Shown piece by piece: positions 8,060-18,023 of a stretch of 49,026 nucleotides of DNA. The notes under the pieces are model-generated. The model made no database searches and was not told the origin of the DNA. It saw only the letters and a list, made by a program, of their open reading frames with translations. The stretch is from the NCBI GenBank assembly GCA_003447275.1, contig DLZS01000082.1:1-49026 (forward strand), given 5' to 3'. Positions within the stretch are counted from its first letter, which is position 1. Every line of letters starts with the position of its first letter. Source of the DNA: Dialister sp. GTDB lineage: Bacteria; Bacillota; Negativicutes; Veillonellales; Dialisteraceae. The position numbers were made by a program, and so were the translations under genes.

Positions 8060-11000
8060 TCATTGTTTCCCTGTTTCCCTTTTCAGCTCATCCATAAAGT
8101 CAGCCATCCAGTCTGTCATTGTCCCTTTGATAAGTGCCTTATGGATACGGAGCTTGGCTGGAGATCCCGGAAGGAATTTCAGATATGGGAGCCATGTCTT
8201 TGGAAGCTTCATCGGATCCCACCCATGCATGAAGCTTTCATCAGCCCAGGTGACAAGGAGGCTGTCCCCCTCGTCGATGATGCTTCCAATCCCCAGATGA
8301 CGTGCTTTCACACGGATCTCCGAGATACGGAAGAGCTTCTCCGCCGGCTGGCTTGGCGTACCGAAGCGATCGATCACCTCATCGATGAGATCGGTGAGTG
8401 TTTTCTCATCTTCGATCGCCGCAAGGCGTCGATAGATCTCCATCTTCTGTTCCTGATTTGCGATATATCCGCTGTCAAGATACGCATCCTGACGGAACTC
8501 GATCGTGGTATTCGGCAGCTTCTTCGGTACAGGCCGGTTCTCACGGACGGCGCGCAGTCGCTCCACCGCTTCCTCAAGCATGGAGCAGTATGCCGCAAAG
8601 CCGATGCTGGCGATATTACCATGCTGCTCTCTCCCGAGAAGATTTCCGGCACCGCGGATCTCCAGATCCCGCATGGCGACTTTGAAGCCGCTTCCGAGCT
8701 CGGTGAATTCACGGATCGTATCCAGTCGTTTTTCTGCCACCTCGGAAAGCACCTTCCCCCGCCGGTAGAAGAACCACGCCCGTGCGATCTTTTCTGAACG
8801 ACCGACGCGCCCTCGCATCTGATAGATCTGTGAAAGCCCCAAGCGGTCAGCATCATAGACAAGCATGGTATTCGCATTCGGCTGGTCCAGACCATTCTCG
8901 ATGAGCGTCGTGCAGAGAAGGACATCATACTTTCCCTGATAGAAATCGAGCATGACTTTTTCGAGCTGCCGCCCTTCCATGCGCCCATAGGCGATGCCGA
9001 TGGTCACATCTTCGGGAAGAATGCTTCGCAAATGGTCAGCCATCGCACCGATCGTTTCGATGCGATTGTAGACGAAGAACGTCTGCCCGCCTCGCTCTTT
9101 CTCACGGAGAATCGCATCTTTGACGATATGGTCGTCGTACTCCGTCACATACGTCTGGATCGCATGGCGATTCGATGGCGGCGTCGTGATCGTCACCATA
9201 TCGCGGACGCCGGTGAGACTCATGTGAAGGGTACGAGGGATCGGTGTCGCAGACAGTGTCAGCACATCGATGCCGGATGCCAGAGATTTCCACTTCTCCT
9301 TCTGCACGACACCGAAGCGCTGCTCTTCATCGACGACGAGAAGCCCTAGCTTCTTCGGATGCACCTTCTTATTGAGCACCGCATGGGTACCGATGACCAC
9401 ATCCAGCGTGCCGCTTTCCATCTCCTGATAGATGCGGTTCTTTTCCTTGGCTGTCGTGAAACGGTTCAGTACTGCCAGACGGACACCGAAGCTTTCCATC
9501 CGTTCCTTGAAATTCTTATAATGCTGCTCCGCGAGGACCGTCGTCGGACAAAGGACGAAAGCCTGATAGCCGGACATGATGCATTTGAAGACAGCTCGCA
9601 TCGCGACTTCCGTCTTGCCAAAGCCCACATCTCCGCATAGGAGCATATCCATCGGCATCGGTTTCTCCATGGCTTTTTTGATGGCGTCGATCGCCAGCAG
9701 CTGATCTGTCGTTTCCACATAGGGGAATGTGTCTTCGAATTCACGCTGTTCGGCCGTATCCGGAGCAAAAGCAATGCCCTGCGTGATCTCACGCTTCGCA
9801 TAGACGGCAAGCAGCTTCTCTGCCAGTTCCTCGATGGACTTTTTGGCCTTCGCCCGCGCCTTCGTCCACGCGCTGCTCCCCATGTCATGGAGCTTCGGCG
9901 TTTCCCCTTCCGGGCCGATATATTTTTCCAACGACGAGATCTTTTCGACAGGAAGATAGAGCTTGTCATTGCCCGCATACTGGATCGTGATATAGTCCCT
10001 GTGAATACCGGAAAGCTCGATGGTACGGATCCCGAGGTACTTACCGATGCCATGCGTGGCCTGTACGACATAGTCGCCGGGATTCAGATCTGAGAAATAG
10101 CGGATCTGCTTCCCCTTTGGACCGGAACGCACGCGGCGCACCTTCTGCTTCCCCAGTACATCTCCCGCTGTAATGACAGCCAGTGTATCATCGGTAAGCT
10201 CAAAGCCCTCCGACAGAAGGCCATGGATCAGCGTGACCTTCCCCGCCTCCAGTGTGCGGCTCTCTGGGATATGGAAATCCGAAAAAAGCGCGGAAAGCTC
10301 CCTTTCCTCCGAGGGCCGGGGAGCGAGAGAGAGGACTTTCCATCCTTTTGCGAGCAGATTTTTGAGATCCTCCATGAAGATCGGGATCTGCCGCTGGTAG
10401 TTCGTCATGGTGTGACCTTGCCACGCCACATCCCGCTCCGTATCAAAGCCTGTCAGCTTTCGCTTGAGCAGAGTGCATACGATTTCCTTATTCTTCGCCT
10501 TGCGCGCCTGTCCGATGACCTCTTTCCAGGATAGCGCCGCCTTTTTATGCGCGGCATCCTCCTTGAAGTATCGTTTCAGCGATTCTTCGCACCGCTGCGG
10601 TTCATCATAAAAGACAAGCGCCTTCGAAAGGTATGAGAAGACAAGCGCCTCTCCCACGCCCTTACCGTGAAGTGGCAGGAAAACCTGCGACTTTCTGTCT
10701 TCGATCGAGCGCTGCGTATCTTCGTCAAAAAGCCGCACGCTGTCGACCTCGTCATCGAAAAGCTCGATGCGGACGGGATGCTCTTCATTGATAGGGAAAA
10801 TGTCGATGATATCACCGCGCACCGCAAAATGACCGCAGCGCTCGACCTGATCCACCCGTTCATAGCCGGCAGACGTCAGTTTCTCCTGCAAAGCGTCCCA
10901 TCCGATTTCCTCTCCGCTAGAAACCTGAAATGCACTCTCCTCCAGCTGCGATGGGCTGACCACCTTCTGCGCCGCTTCCACGGCTGTAGCTAGGATAATG

Positions 11001-11416
11001 CCCTGTCTTCCTGTCAGCATGGCTCCCAACGTCCGCATCCGGTCACGCAACCGCTCCGTACTGGAGAATGTCACCTGAAAGCCAGTCTCTTCGACGAGTG
11101 GAAAGGAATAAATAGGCGTCTCCGGCAGGAAGAAAGCGAGGTCTTCTTCCCAGCGGAAAATATCCTTCTGCTCTGGCACAACGACGATGGCCGTCCCGAA
11201 AGACTGCATGGCCGCCGAGAGCGCCAGCGCCTTCTGCGAACTTGCGATCCCCGTCAGGACCGTCGGAGAAGAAGCGGAATCCATCTCCCAGGAATGAGAT
11301 AGCCGCGCCGCGCACTCTTTCGCAAGCTGTGGCCCCATCGCGGTATCCATCACAAAAGGCGGAAGCGCTGCCGCAGCAGCACGCACATCTGCGATCATCG
11401 GGATCTTTTCAGTCAT
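8060..11416 (-). CDS. mfd: Transcription-repair coupling factor
   Basis: UvrB-like module, CarD/RID (PGDYVVQATHGIG), GDVGFGKTEVA, DEEQRFG, SATPIPRT, QMRGRVGR, TRCF C-terminus; start at MTEKIP overlaps the folK stop. Confidence 0.97.
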   Translation of the reverse strand: MTEKIPMIADVRAAAAALPPFVMDTAMGPQLAKECAARLSHSWEMDSASSPTVLTGIASSQKALALSAAMQSFGTAIVVVPEQKDIFRWEEDLAFFLPETPIYSFPLVEETGFQVTFSSTERLRDRMRTLGAMLTGRQGIILATAVEAAQKVVSPSQLEESAFQVSSGEEIGWDALQEKLTSAGYERVDQVERCGHFAVRGDIIDIFPINEEHPVRIELFDDEVDSVRLFDEDTQRSIEDRKSQVFLPLHGKGVGEALVFSYLSKALVFYDEPQRCEESLKRYFKEDAAHKKAALSWKEVIGQARKAKNKEIVCTLLKRKLTGFDTERDVAWQGHTMTNYQRQIPIFMEDLKNLLAKGWKVLSLAPRPSEERELSALFSDFHIPESRTLEAGKVTLIHGLLSEGFELTDDTLAVITAGDVLGKQKVRRVRSGPKGKQIRYFSDLNPGDYVVQATHGIGKYLGIRTIELSGIHRDYITIQYAGNDKLYLPVEKISSLEKYIGPEGETPKLHDMGSSAWTKARAKAKKSIEELAEKLLAVYAKREITQGIAFAPDTAEQREFEDTFPYVETTDQLLAIDAIKKAMEKPMPMDMLLCGDVGFGKTEVAMRAVFKCIMSGYQAFVLCPTTVLAEQHYKNFKERMESFGVRLAVLNRFTTAKEKNRIYQEMESGTLDVVIGTHAVLNKKVHPKKLGLLVVDEEQRFGVVQKEKWKSLASGIDVLTLSATPIPRTLHMSLTGVRDMVTITTPPSNRHAIQTYVTEYDDHIVKDAILREKERGGQTFFVYNRIETIGAMADHLRSILPEDVTIGIAYGRMEGRQLEKVMLDFYQGKYDVLLCTTLIENGLDQPNANTMLVYDADRLGLSQIYQMRGRVGRSEKIARAWFFYRRGKVLSEVAEKRLDTIREFTELGSGFKVAMRDLEIRGAGNLLGREQHGNIASIGFAAYCSMLEEAVERLRAVRENRPVPKKLPNTTIEFRQDAYLDSGYIANQEQKMEIYRRLAAIEDEKTLTDLIDEVIDRFGTPSQPAEKLFRISEIRVKARHLGIGSIIDEGDSLLVTWADESFMHGWDPMKLPKTWLPYLKFLPGSPAKLRIHKALIKGTMTDWMADFMDELKRETGKQ

Positions 11417-11916
11417 TCTTCTCCCTCCCAACCATACGCTGTCCGCTTGACCTCTTTCTCTCCATGAAGTGTCCGGATGCGAGATAGGATGGATGTCCCC
11501 TGATACATGAAATCCGGGCAGACATCCGCCATCGGGACCAGCACAAAAGGCCGCTCCCAGAAATAGGGATGCGGCAAATGAAGAAATGGGGTATCACTGT
11601 GGATGCCGTCACTGTAAATCAGATCCAGATCCAGCGTCCTCGGCCCCCAATGCACGTCTCGGGTGCGTCCGAACTGTTTTTCGACAGACAGCAAAAGCGC
11701 CATCAAATCTTCGGCAGGCCCTTCCCAGCTGATCTCCATGACAGCATTCAGAAAGACGGGCTGGTCGGTTTTGCCCCAAGGCAGCGTCTCATAGATGGAA
11801 GACTTCTTCTCGATATGAAGCCCCTCTGCCGCCTCGAGCGTTGCGGCCGCCTGCCTCAGAATGGCCAGCGAGTTCCCCTGATTGGACCCAAGGGAAATGA
11901 TATATTTTTGATTCAT
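11413..11916 (-). CDS. folK: 6-hydroxymethyl-7,8-dihydropterin pyrophosphokinase
   Basis: ISLGSNQG, SSIYET, FLNAV, WGPRTLDLDLI, LPHP. Confidence 0.96.
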   Translation of the reverse strand: MNQKYIISLGSNQGNSLAILRQAAATLEAAEGLHIEKKSSIYETLPWGKTDQPVFLNAVMEISWEGPAEDLMALLLSVEKQFGRTRDVHWGPRTLDLDLIYSDGIHSDTPFLHLPHPYFWERPFVLVPMADVCPDFMYQGTSILSRIRTLHGEKEVKRTAYGWEGEE

Positions 11917-12278
11917 TTTTCTCTCTTTTTGGTCAGTGTCACTGATACATCGTCCAGAATCCCAGGAATGGGAGAACCTGGTTTGTGAACCGTGGTCGTA
12001 ATCTCATCTACCAGCGGAAAAGCAGCGAGAACATCTGCATTGATGACGCCGGCGAGGCGTTCCAGCAGCTTGTACGGACCGCCCTCCGCCCGTTCTTTCA
12101 CCATCTGGTACACCGCTACATAATTAACAGAGTCTTCGAGGCAGTCCGTCTCCCCGACCTTGGATAAATCAAGATGCAGCTCCACATCAATATAAAAACG
12201 CTGTCCTAATTTCGTCTCCTCCGGCTCATCACCGTGATAGCCGAAAAAGGCCATGCGAGTCAGTTTGATCGTATCCAT
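11913..12278 (-). CDS. folB: Dihydroneopterin aldolase
   Basis: FFGYHG..PEE..LGQRFYIDVEL, SVNY, LLERLA, VHKP. Confidence 0.95.
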   Translation of the reverse strand: MDTIKLTRMAFFGYHGDEPEETKLGQRFYIDVELHLDLSKVGETDCLEDSVNYVAVYQMVKERAEGGPYKLLERLAGVINADVLAAFPLVDEITTTVHKPGSPIPGILDDVSVTLTKKREK

Positions 12279-12363
12279 GCGTATCCCTCATTCGTTATAA
12301 AAGATCAATGCCCAGCAGCAGAAGCCTCACGCCCTCCCCGGGAGCGACGCCCCAAGGAAACCG

Positions 12364-13521
12364 TCAGCTCCCGGCGGACAGTACTTCGATCGCCTTCTGA
12401 TAGACAGAGTCGGTGGAGGGATCGAAAGGAAATCCTGTCTGCGAAACTTCAATATCCGGATGGATGCCCACCTTGTCGATCGTCTTCCCAGAAGGCGTCC
12501 GATACTCTGCGATAGAGATCTTGAGTGCCTTCTGCTCGCCGGCGTCAAAGACCGCCTGCACCGTCCCTTTGCCATAGGAATTTTCTCCAATGATGATCCC
12601 TTCCTGTTTATCCTGCACCGCACCGGCCAGGATCTCAGAAGCACTGGCACTATTCTTATCGATCAGGACAACCATCGGCAAAGGATCCTCTATTCCCTCG
12701 ATATCATAGGACTCTGACTCGCCATTCTTGGTGTGATAGCTCACGACCGTTCCCTTAGTGAGTATCTGATTCGCCACATCAGTCACTGCATAGATCATCC
12801 CGCCCGGATTCATGCGAACGTCAATGATCAGTTTCTTGGCTCCGGCGATCTTCAAAGAAGCGAGCTGGTCACGGAAATCATCGGCGGTGTGCTTCCCGAA
12901 GGAGAAAATATGAATGTAGCCAATATCATCACCGGCCATCGCACTCTGCACCGTCAGCATGGAGATCTCTGACCGTTCCACGGTAAAATGCATGGTTTCG
13001 CCATTGCGTTCGACATCGATCTCTACCGTCGTTCCTTTTTCTCCGCGGACAGCCGATGCCGTCCCTGTAAGACCGAGTGCATCCGTTTCTTTGCCATCGA
13101 TGGCGAGAAGTACATCTCCGGCATCAAGCCCCGCATCATGTGCTGTACCACGATCGAAAACCTTCAAAATGACCGGCCTGCTGTTCTCTCCCTGCCCCAT
13201 AACGATGCCGATCCCGCCATATTCTCCCGTAGCACTCTGCATGAAGGATTCATACGCATCCCCGGAAAGTACCATGGTATAAGGATCGCCGACAGAGGCA
13301 AACATCCCCTGCGATGCTCCGGCAAAGAGCGTCTTATCCTCTATCGGACGGAAGTAGTTCTGCTTGATCTCCTGAAAATCCAGCAGGAATGTAATGAGTG
13401 CCCTCGGATCATCCGTAAAGTGGAATACCGCACCTCCAGCCAAAGATGCGGTACATACCACCCCCAGCACAAAGCCGGGCGCATAGTTTTTGAAAGAATA
13501 CCAGATTTGTTTTTTCATCAT
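12364..13521 (-). CDS. S41 carboxyl-terminal processing protease (PDZ)
   Basis: DPYT, GIG PDZ loop, DVRMNPGG, SASASE (Ser), SYGKGTVQ (Lys), TPSG..IDKVGIHPD. Confidence 0.92.
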   Translation of the reverse strand: MMKKQIWYSFKNYAPGFVLGVVCTASLAGGAVFHFTDDPRALITFLLDFQEIKQNYFRPIEDKTLFAGASQGMFASVGDPYTMVLSGDAYESFMQSATGEYGGIGIVMGQGENSRPVILKVFDRGTAHDAGLDAGDVLLAIDGKETDALGLTGTASAVRGEKGTTVEIDVERNGETMHFTVERSEISMLTVQSAMAGDDIGYIHIFSFGKHTADDFRDQLASLKIAGAKKLIIDVRMNPGGMIYAVTDVANQILTKGTVVSYHTKNGESESYDIEGIEDPLPMVVLIDKNSASASEILAGAVQDKQEGIIIGENSYGKGTVQAVFDAGEQKALKISIAEYRTPSGKTIDKVGIHPDIEVSQTGFPFDPSTDSVYQKAIEVLSAGS

Positions 13522-14684
13522 AAATATCCCATAGGATCGACAGCCTGCCCATTGATTTCCACTTCGAAATGGCAGTGCGGCCCCGTCGAGTTTCCGGTCG
13601 AGCCAGCAAAGGCAATGACGTCTCCTTTTGACACGGACTGCCCTTCCGATACATTGAGAGACTGGTTGTGCCCATACAGCGTCTGCATACCGCCGCCATG
13701 ATCAATGATGACGGCATTGCCGTAGCCGCTGATCCAACCGGAATAAATGACAGTCCCGCTGTCTGCTGCATGGATCGGCGTACCATAGTCGACACCGATA
13801 TCCATCCCCGAGTGATAGATGGTACGCCCAAAAATCGGATGGGTACGATATCCGTAGGGAGACGTGATGACACCGCTGCATGGCCAGGAAAGCTGTCCCG
13901 TGCCCTGCACATAGTTATCATCACTGCCGCCGCTTTCTTCCTGCTGCGCCTGCCTTGCGGCTTCAGCCTGACGGATGCGCTCCTGAATGAGGTCTTTGAC
14001 CGCATTGGAACGGGCAATGAGATCCTGCTCCATCTGTGCTGCTGCCGCCTTATTGGCTTTCGCATTATCGAGGACTCTCTGCTGCTCGGCTTTCTTCTTC
14101 GCGACCTCTGCCTGTACCTTCTTCGCTTCTTCTGCCAATGCATCGAGCCGTGCCCGATCCTGCTCCAATTCGGCTTTCTTTGCTTCGATTTTTGCCTTCT
14201 GATCCTGGATCTCCAGAATCAGGCTATAGTCAGACTGGATGATGCGTTTCAAAAGTTCCAGTCGGTTCGCAAAATCGCTGAAGCTTTTCGCCCCCATAAT
14301 GACTTCCAGATAATTCAGCTGACCAAATTTATAGATCGAACGCACACGAAGATTCAGCACCTTTTGGCGCTGCTCCAGATAGGCCTGCGCTTTGCGGATC
14401 TCTTCCTCCGTCTGGCGGATCTCCGCATTCACTTTCGCCTGCTCGTCCTGAATGCTCTTCAGACGGGCATTCGCCGCATCAAGGTCTGCCTGAATGGCTT
14501 TCAACTTGACAGCGACATCTTCGATGACCTGCTGCCAGCTCTCCTGCGAAGAACGTGACTCATCGATCTGCCCCTGAATATCCTGCAGCTCATCCTCCAG
14601 ATCGTCTGCAATCGAGGGAACCACCGCCCCTGTCAGCAGCAAAGAGGCGATCGCTGCCGAAAGTATCTTCTGATGTGTTTTCAT
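13518..14684 (-). CDS. Coiled-coil plus M23 peptidase (EnvC-like FtsEX partner)
   Basis: Signal peptide, long coiled coil, intact M23 motifs HSGMD and HCH. Confidence 0.9.
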   Translation of the reverse strand: MKTHQKILSAAIASLLLTGAVVPSIADDLEDELQDIQGQIDESRSSQESWQQVIEDVAVKLKAIQADLDAANARLKSIQDEQAKVNAEIRQTEEEIRKAQAYLEQRQKVLNLRVRSIYKFGQLNYLEVIMGAKSFSDFANRLELLKRIIQSDYSLILEIQDQKAKIEAKKAELEQDRARLDALAEEAKKVQAEVAKKKAEQQRVLDNAKANKAAAAQMEQDLIARSNAVKDLIQERIRQAEAARQAQQEESGGSDDNYVQGTGQLSWPCSGVITSPYGYRTHPIFGRTIYHSGMDIGVDYGTPIHAADSGTVIYSGWISGYGNAVIIDHGGGMQTLYGHNQSLNVSEGQSVSKGDVIAFAGSTGNSTGPHCHFEVEINGQAVDPMGYL

Positions 14685-14686
14685 GA

Positions 14687-15571
14687 TTACACCTTCATAT
14701 ACTTACGGAGCGAAATGGCACTCCCCATGACACCGATCACAATGCCTGCCGCCAAAATAATGAGAGTGGTATATCCCATAAATGGCCAGAGCGGAATCAT
14801 CGGAATGAAGATAAGACCAGCTGCTGCCATTTCGGAGACGACCGTTTTATAGCCTTCCCACAGAATGAGCGAAGCAAATCCGGATCCTAAAAACCCGATG
14901 ACCATGCCTTCGAAAAGGAAAGGCCAGCGAATGAAGCCATTGGAGGCACCGACGTACTTCATGATCTGGATCTCTCTTCTTCTGGCAAAAACCGTAAGGC
15001 GGATGGTATTAGAAATGATAAAGAGCTCGGCACCGGCCAAGAAGATGATGAGTACGATTCCCGAGAGACGGATGACCTGTGCAACTTTATAAAGCTGTTC
15101 GATGATATCCTTCCCATACTGGACAGTCTCGACACCCTGATACTTGGCGACAACTTCCGCCGCTGTTTTCAGCTGCTCCGGCGTCTGGAAGGACATCTGG
15201 TACGATGCGGGGAGAGGATTGCCATTGATAGCATCGAGAAGCCCCTGCTGATCCCCCATGCGTTCACGGAAATCCTTCATCGCCTGGTCTTTGTTTGTGA
15301 ATTTGATCTCCTTCATGCCGGGCTGTGCTTTCAGATACTTGCCGATACCCATGACCTGATCGGTCGTGAGTCCGTCCTTCAGATAAACCGTCATCTCGAC
15401 CTGATTTTCAAGGTAAGACGCCATGTGGTTGATATTCAGCACGGCTGAAAGAAAGACGCCCAAGATAAACATAGATAATGTCACGGTCAAGACGGAAGCG
15501 ATGGCCATAAAGCGATTTCTGAAAAGGGAACGGAATGTTTCACCCCAGAAATAGGATAATGAACTAAACAT
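14687..15571 (-). CDS. ftsX: Cell division permease-like protein FtsX
   Basis: NPLPAS, ISNTIRLTVFARRREIQIMKYVGAS..FIRWPFLFEG. Confidence 0.96.
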   Translation of the reverse strand: MFSSLSYFWGETFRSLFRNRFMAIASVLTVTLSMFILGVFLSAVLNINHMASYLENQVEMTVYLKDGLTTDQVMGIGKYLKAQPGMKEIKFTNKDQAMKDFRERMGDQQGLLDAINGNPLPASYQMSFQTPEQLKTAAEVVAKYQGVETVQYGKDIIEQLYKVAQVIRLSGIVLIIFLAGAELFIISNTIRLTVFARRREIQIMKYVGASNGFIRWPFLFEGMVIGFLGSGFASLILWEGYKTVVSEMAAAGLIFIPMIPLWPFMGYTTLIILAAGIVIGVMGSAISLRKYMKV

Positions 15572-16250
15572 TCAGGTCATAGCCTCCCTTTTTTACATCA
15601 TTCACAATATGCCCTTCTTCGATCATGACGACACGTTTATGCATCGCATTGACCAGATCCTTGTTATGAGTGACCATGATGATGGTCGTTCCCATGTGGT
15701 TGATCTCGTTGAACAGCTTCATGATATCTTCCGACGTATTCGGATCCAGATTTCCTGTCGGTTCGTCCGCGATGAGAAGGATCGGCTGGTTCACCAGAGC
15801 ACGGGCAATCGCCACGCGCTGCTGTTCACCGCCCGAGAGCTTGGAAGGAAGCTCCTTCTCCTTTCCGCGCAGTCCGACCAGATCCAGCACACGCTGTACC
15901 TTCGGCTTGATCTCACGGCTCTTTGCCCCCGTAACGCGAAGAACAAAGGCAATATTTTCGTATACGGTCTTTTCGGAGAGCAGTCTGAAATCCTGAAATA
16001 CAATTCCCAGCGTACGCCGATAGTATGGGATCTTTCTGGATTTCAGCTTATTGATCGTAAGACCATTGACAACGACTGTGCCCTGTTCCGGCACCAGCTC
16101 ATGCGTCAAAATTTTAACAAATGTCGATTTACCGGCGCCGGAAGGGCCCACGATAAAAACGAACTCTCCTTTATCGATATGAATATTAATGTTACTGAGC
16201 GCGGTGTGTTTTGCATCGTACTGCAGGGACACCTGATCAAACGTAATCAT
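15564..16250 (-). CDS. ftsE: Cell division ATP-binding protein FtsE
   Basis: [40 protein letters not shown]; overlaps ftsX. Confidence 0.96.
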   Translation of the reverse strand: MITFDQVSLQYDAKHTALSNINIHIDKGEFVFIVGPSGAGKSTFVKILTHELVPEQGTVVVNGLTINKLKSRKIPYYRRTLGIVFQDFRLLSEKTVYENIAFVLRVTGAKSREIKPKVQRVLDLVGLRGKEKELPSKLSGGEQQRVAIARALVNQPILLIADEPTGNLDPNTSEDIMKLFNEINHMGTTIIMVTHNKDLVNAMHKRVVMIEEGHIVNDVKKGGYDLNV

Positions 16251-16257
16251 TAAATCC

Positions 16258-17193
16258 TCACTTCCTGGCGATCAATGCGGCTGCTTCTTCCGCAATGTGT
16301 TCTGCGGTGAGACCATATTTTTCAAGCAGATCATCAGCTGTGCCGGATTCACCGAAGGTATCTTCCGTTCCGATCATAGCCATCGGCACCGGTTTATGAA
16401 GACAGAGCACTTCTGCCACAGCACCGCCAAGCCCACCTTTTACCGTATGTTCTTCACAGGTCAGGATCGCACCAGTCTCTTCTGCCGCTTTCAAGATGGC
16501 TTTCTCATCGATCGGTTTGATGGAGCTCATGTTGATCACACGCGCAGAAATTCCTTTTTCTTTCAAAAGCTCTGCTGCTTTCACGGCTTTAGCGACCATG
16601 ATACCGCAGGCGATGATGGTCACATCACTGCCGGAAACCGCTTCATAAGAAACGCCCGGAGTGAAGGTATAATCCTCTGGACAGATATCATCGCATTTCG
16701 CGCGGCCCATACGGATATACACCGGACCATGGTAGTCCGCTGCCCACTTGATCACAGCTTTCGTCTCAGCGGCATCAGCCGGAACGACAACCGTCATATT
16801 CGGCAGCGCACGCATGAGTGTAATGTCTTCGAGCATCTGGTGGGTCGCACCATCTTCACCGACCGTCAGGCCGGAATGAGTGACCGCCACTTTGACATTC
16901 AGTTTCGGGTAGCAGATGGAGTTTCTGATCTGTTCATACGCTCTGCCCGCACCGAAAACAGCAAATGTCGAAGCGAATGGAATCTTGCCAGCCGCAGCAA
17001 GACCCGCTGCCACGCCCATCATATTTCCTTCAGCAATGCCAGTATCGAAGAAACGATCCGGATATGCTTTGGCAAAAACCTGCGTCTTGGTGGATGCAGA
17101 GAGGTCAGCATCCAAAACTACGATATCAGGATTTACAGCACCGAGTTCTTTCAGTGCTTCACCGTATGCGTCACGAGTTGCCTTACCCATCAT
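16258..17193 (-). CDS. Transketolase, C-terminal (pyrimidine-binding) subunit
   Basis: DADLSAST, GIAEGNMMGVAAG, GEDGATHQ, PVYIR, EEH..GGLG. Confidence 0.92.
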   Translation of the reverse strand: MMGKATRDAYGEALKELGAVNPDIVVLDADLSASTKTQVFAKAYPDRFFDTGIAEGNMMGVAAGLAAAGKIPFASTFAVFGAGRAYEQIRNSICYPKLNVKVAVTHSGLTVGEDGATHQMLEDITLMRALPNMTVVVPADAAETKAVIKWAADYHGPVYIRMGRAKCDDICPEDYTFTPGVSYEAVSGSDVTIIACGIMVAKAVKAAELLKEKGISARVINMSSIKPIDEKAILKAAEETGAILTCEEHTVKGGLGGAVAEVLCLHKPVPMAMIGTEDTFGESGTADDLLEKYGLTAEHIAEEAAALIARK

Positions 17194-18023
17194 TCTGCCT
17201 CCACTACTTTAATAAATCTTTCACATTCTTCTTTGCTTGGTGCCTTGCCATGCCAGCCGACCTGGTTTTCAATTTCCGGTACGCCTTTGCCCTTGACCGT
17301 CTTCATGACGATCATGGTCGGTTTGCCGGAAATGGTCTTTGCCTCTTCAATGGCATCATGAAGTTTTTCCATATCATGCCCATCGGTTTCAATGACATGC
17401 CAGCCAAAAGCCTGGAATTTTTCTCCGATAGGAAGTGCGGACATAACCTCTGTGATCGGTCCATCGATCTGCAGCCCGTTGTTATCTACGAAAGCCGTCA
17501 GATGGTCGAGCTTGTAATGCGCCGCATACATGGCTGCCTCCCAGACCTGTCCTTCTTCGAGTTCGCCATCCCCCAGGATCGCATACACTCTCCAGTCAGC
17601 CTTGTCCATCTTGGAAGCAAGCGCCATACCGCAGGCAGCACTGATGCCCTGCCCCAGAGAACCGGTTGTCATGTCGACACCCGGTGTATGTTTCATGTCC
17701 GGATGCCCCTGCAGCATATGACCTGCCTGACGAAGTGTATCCAGCTCTTCTTTGGGGAAATATCCTTTTTCTGCCAGTACGGCATAGAGGGCCGGTGCTG
17801 CATGGCCTTTGGAGAGGACCAGACGGTCACGGTCAGCCTTTTTCGGATCTTTGGGATCTACCTTCATTTCATGGAAAAACAGTAAGGTCAGGATGTCCGC
17901 GGCGGAAAGAGAACCACCCGTATGACCGGAGTTGGCTTTGGTGATCATTTTCAAAATGTTGATGCGTACATCTTTTGCCTTGCTTTTGAGAGCAGTAAGC
18001 TCTTCTGCTGTCAGCTGACTCAT
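17190..18023 (-). CDS. Transketolase, N-terminal (TPP-binding) subunit
   Basis: SGHTGGSLS, LSKGHAAPALY, TGSLGQG, GDGELEEG..N TPP motif. Confidence 0.93.
   Translation of the reverse strand: MSQLTAEELTALKSKAKDVRINILKMITKANSGHTGGSLSAADILTLLFFHEMKVDPKDPKKADRDRLVLSKGHAAPALYAVLAEKGYFPKEELDTLRQAGHMLQGHPDMKHTPGVDMTTGSLGQGISAACGMALASKMDKADWRVYAILGDGELEEGQVWEAAMYAAHYKLDHLTAFVDNNGLQIDGPITEVMSALPIGEKFQAFGWHVIETDGHDMEKLHDAIEEAKTISGKPTMIVMKTVKGKGVPEIENQVGWHGKAPSKEECERFIKVVEAE

Noticed and set aside
12279..12363. ZTP or THF riboswitch ahead of folB (GGGGAG and CUGGGCA words present)
   Set aside because: The conserved GACUGGCG segment and CCGCCUGGGC pseudoknot loop are missing and the space is too short
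16258..18023. Split transketolase as a frameshifted pseudogene
   Set aside because: Two-subunit transketolases are a known form in anaerobic Firmicutes; both halves are intact and overlap by ATGA
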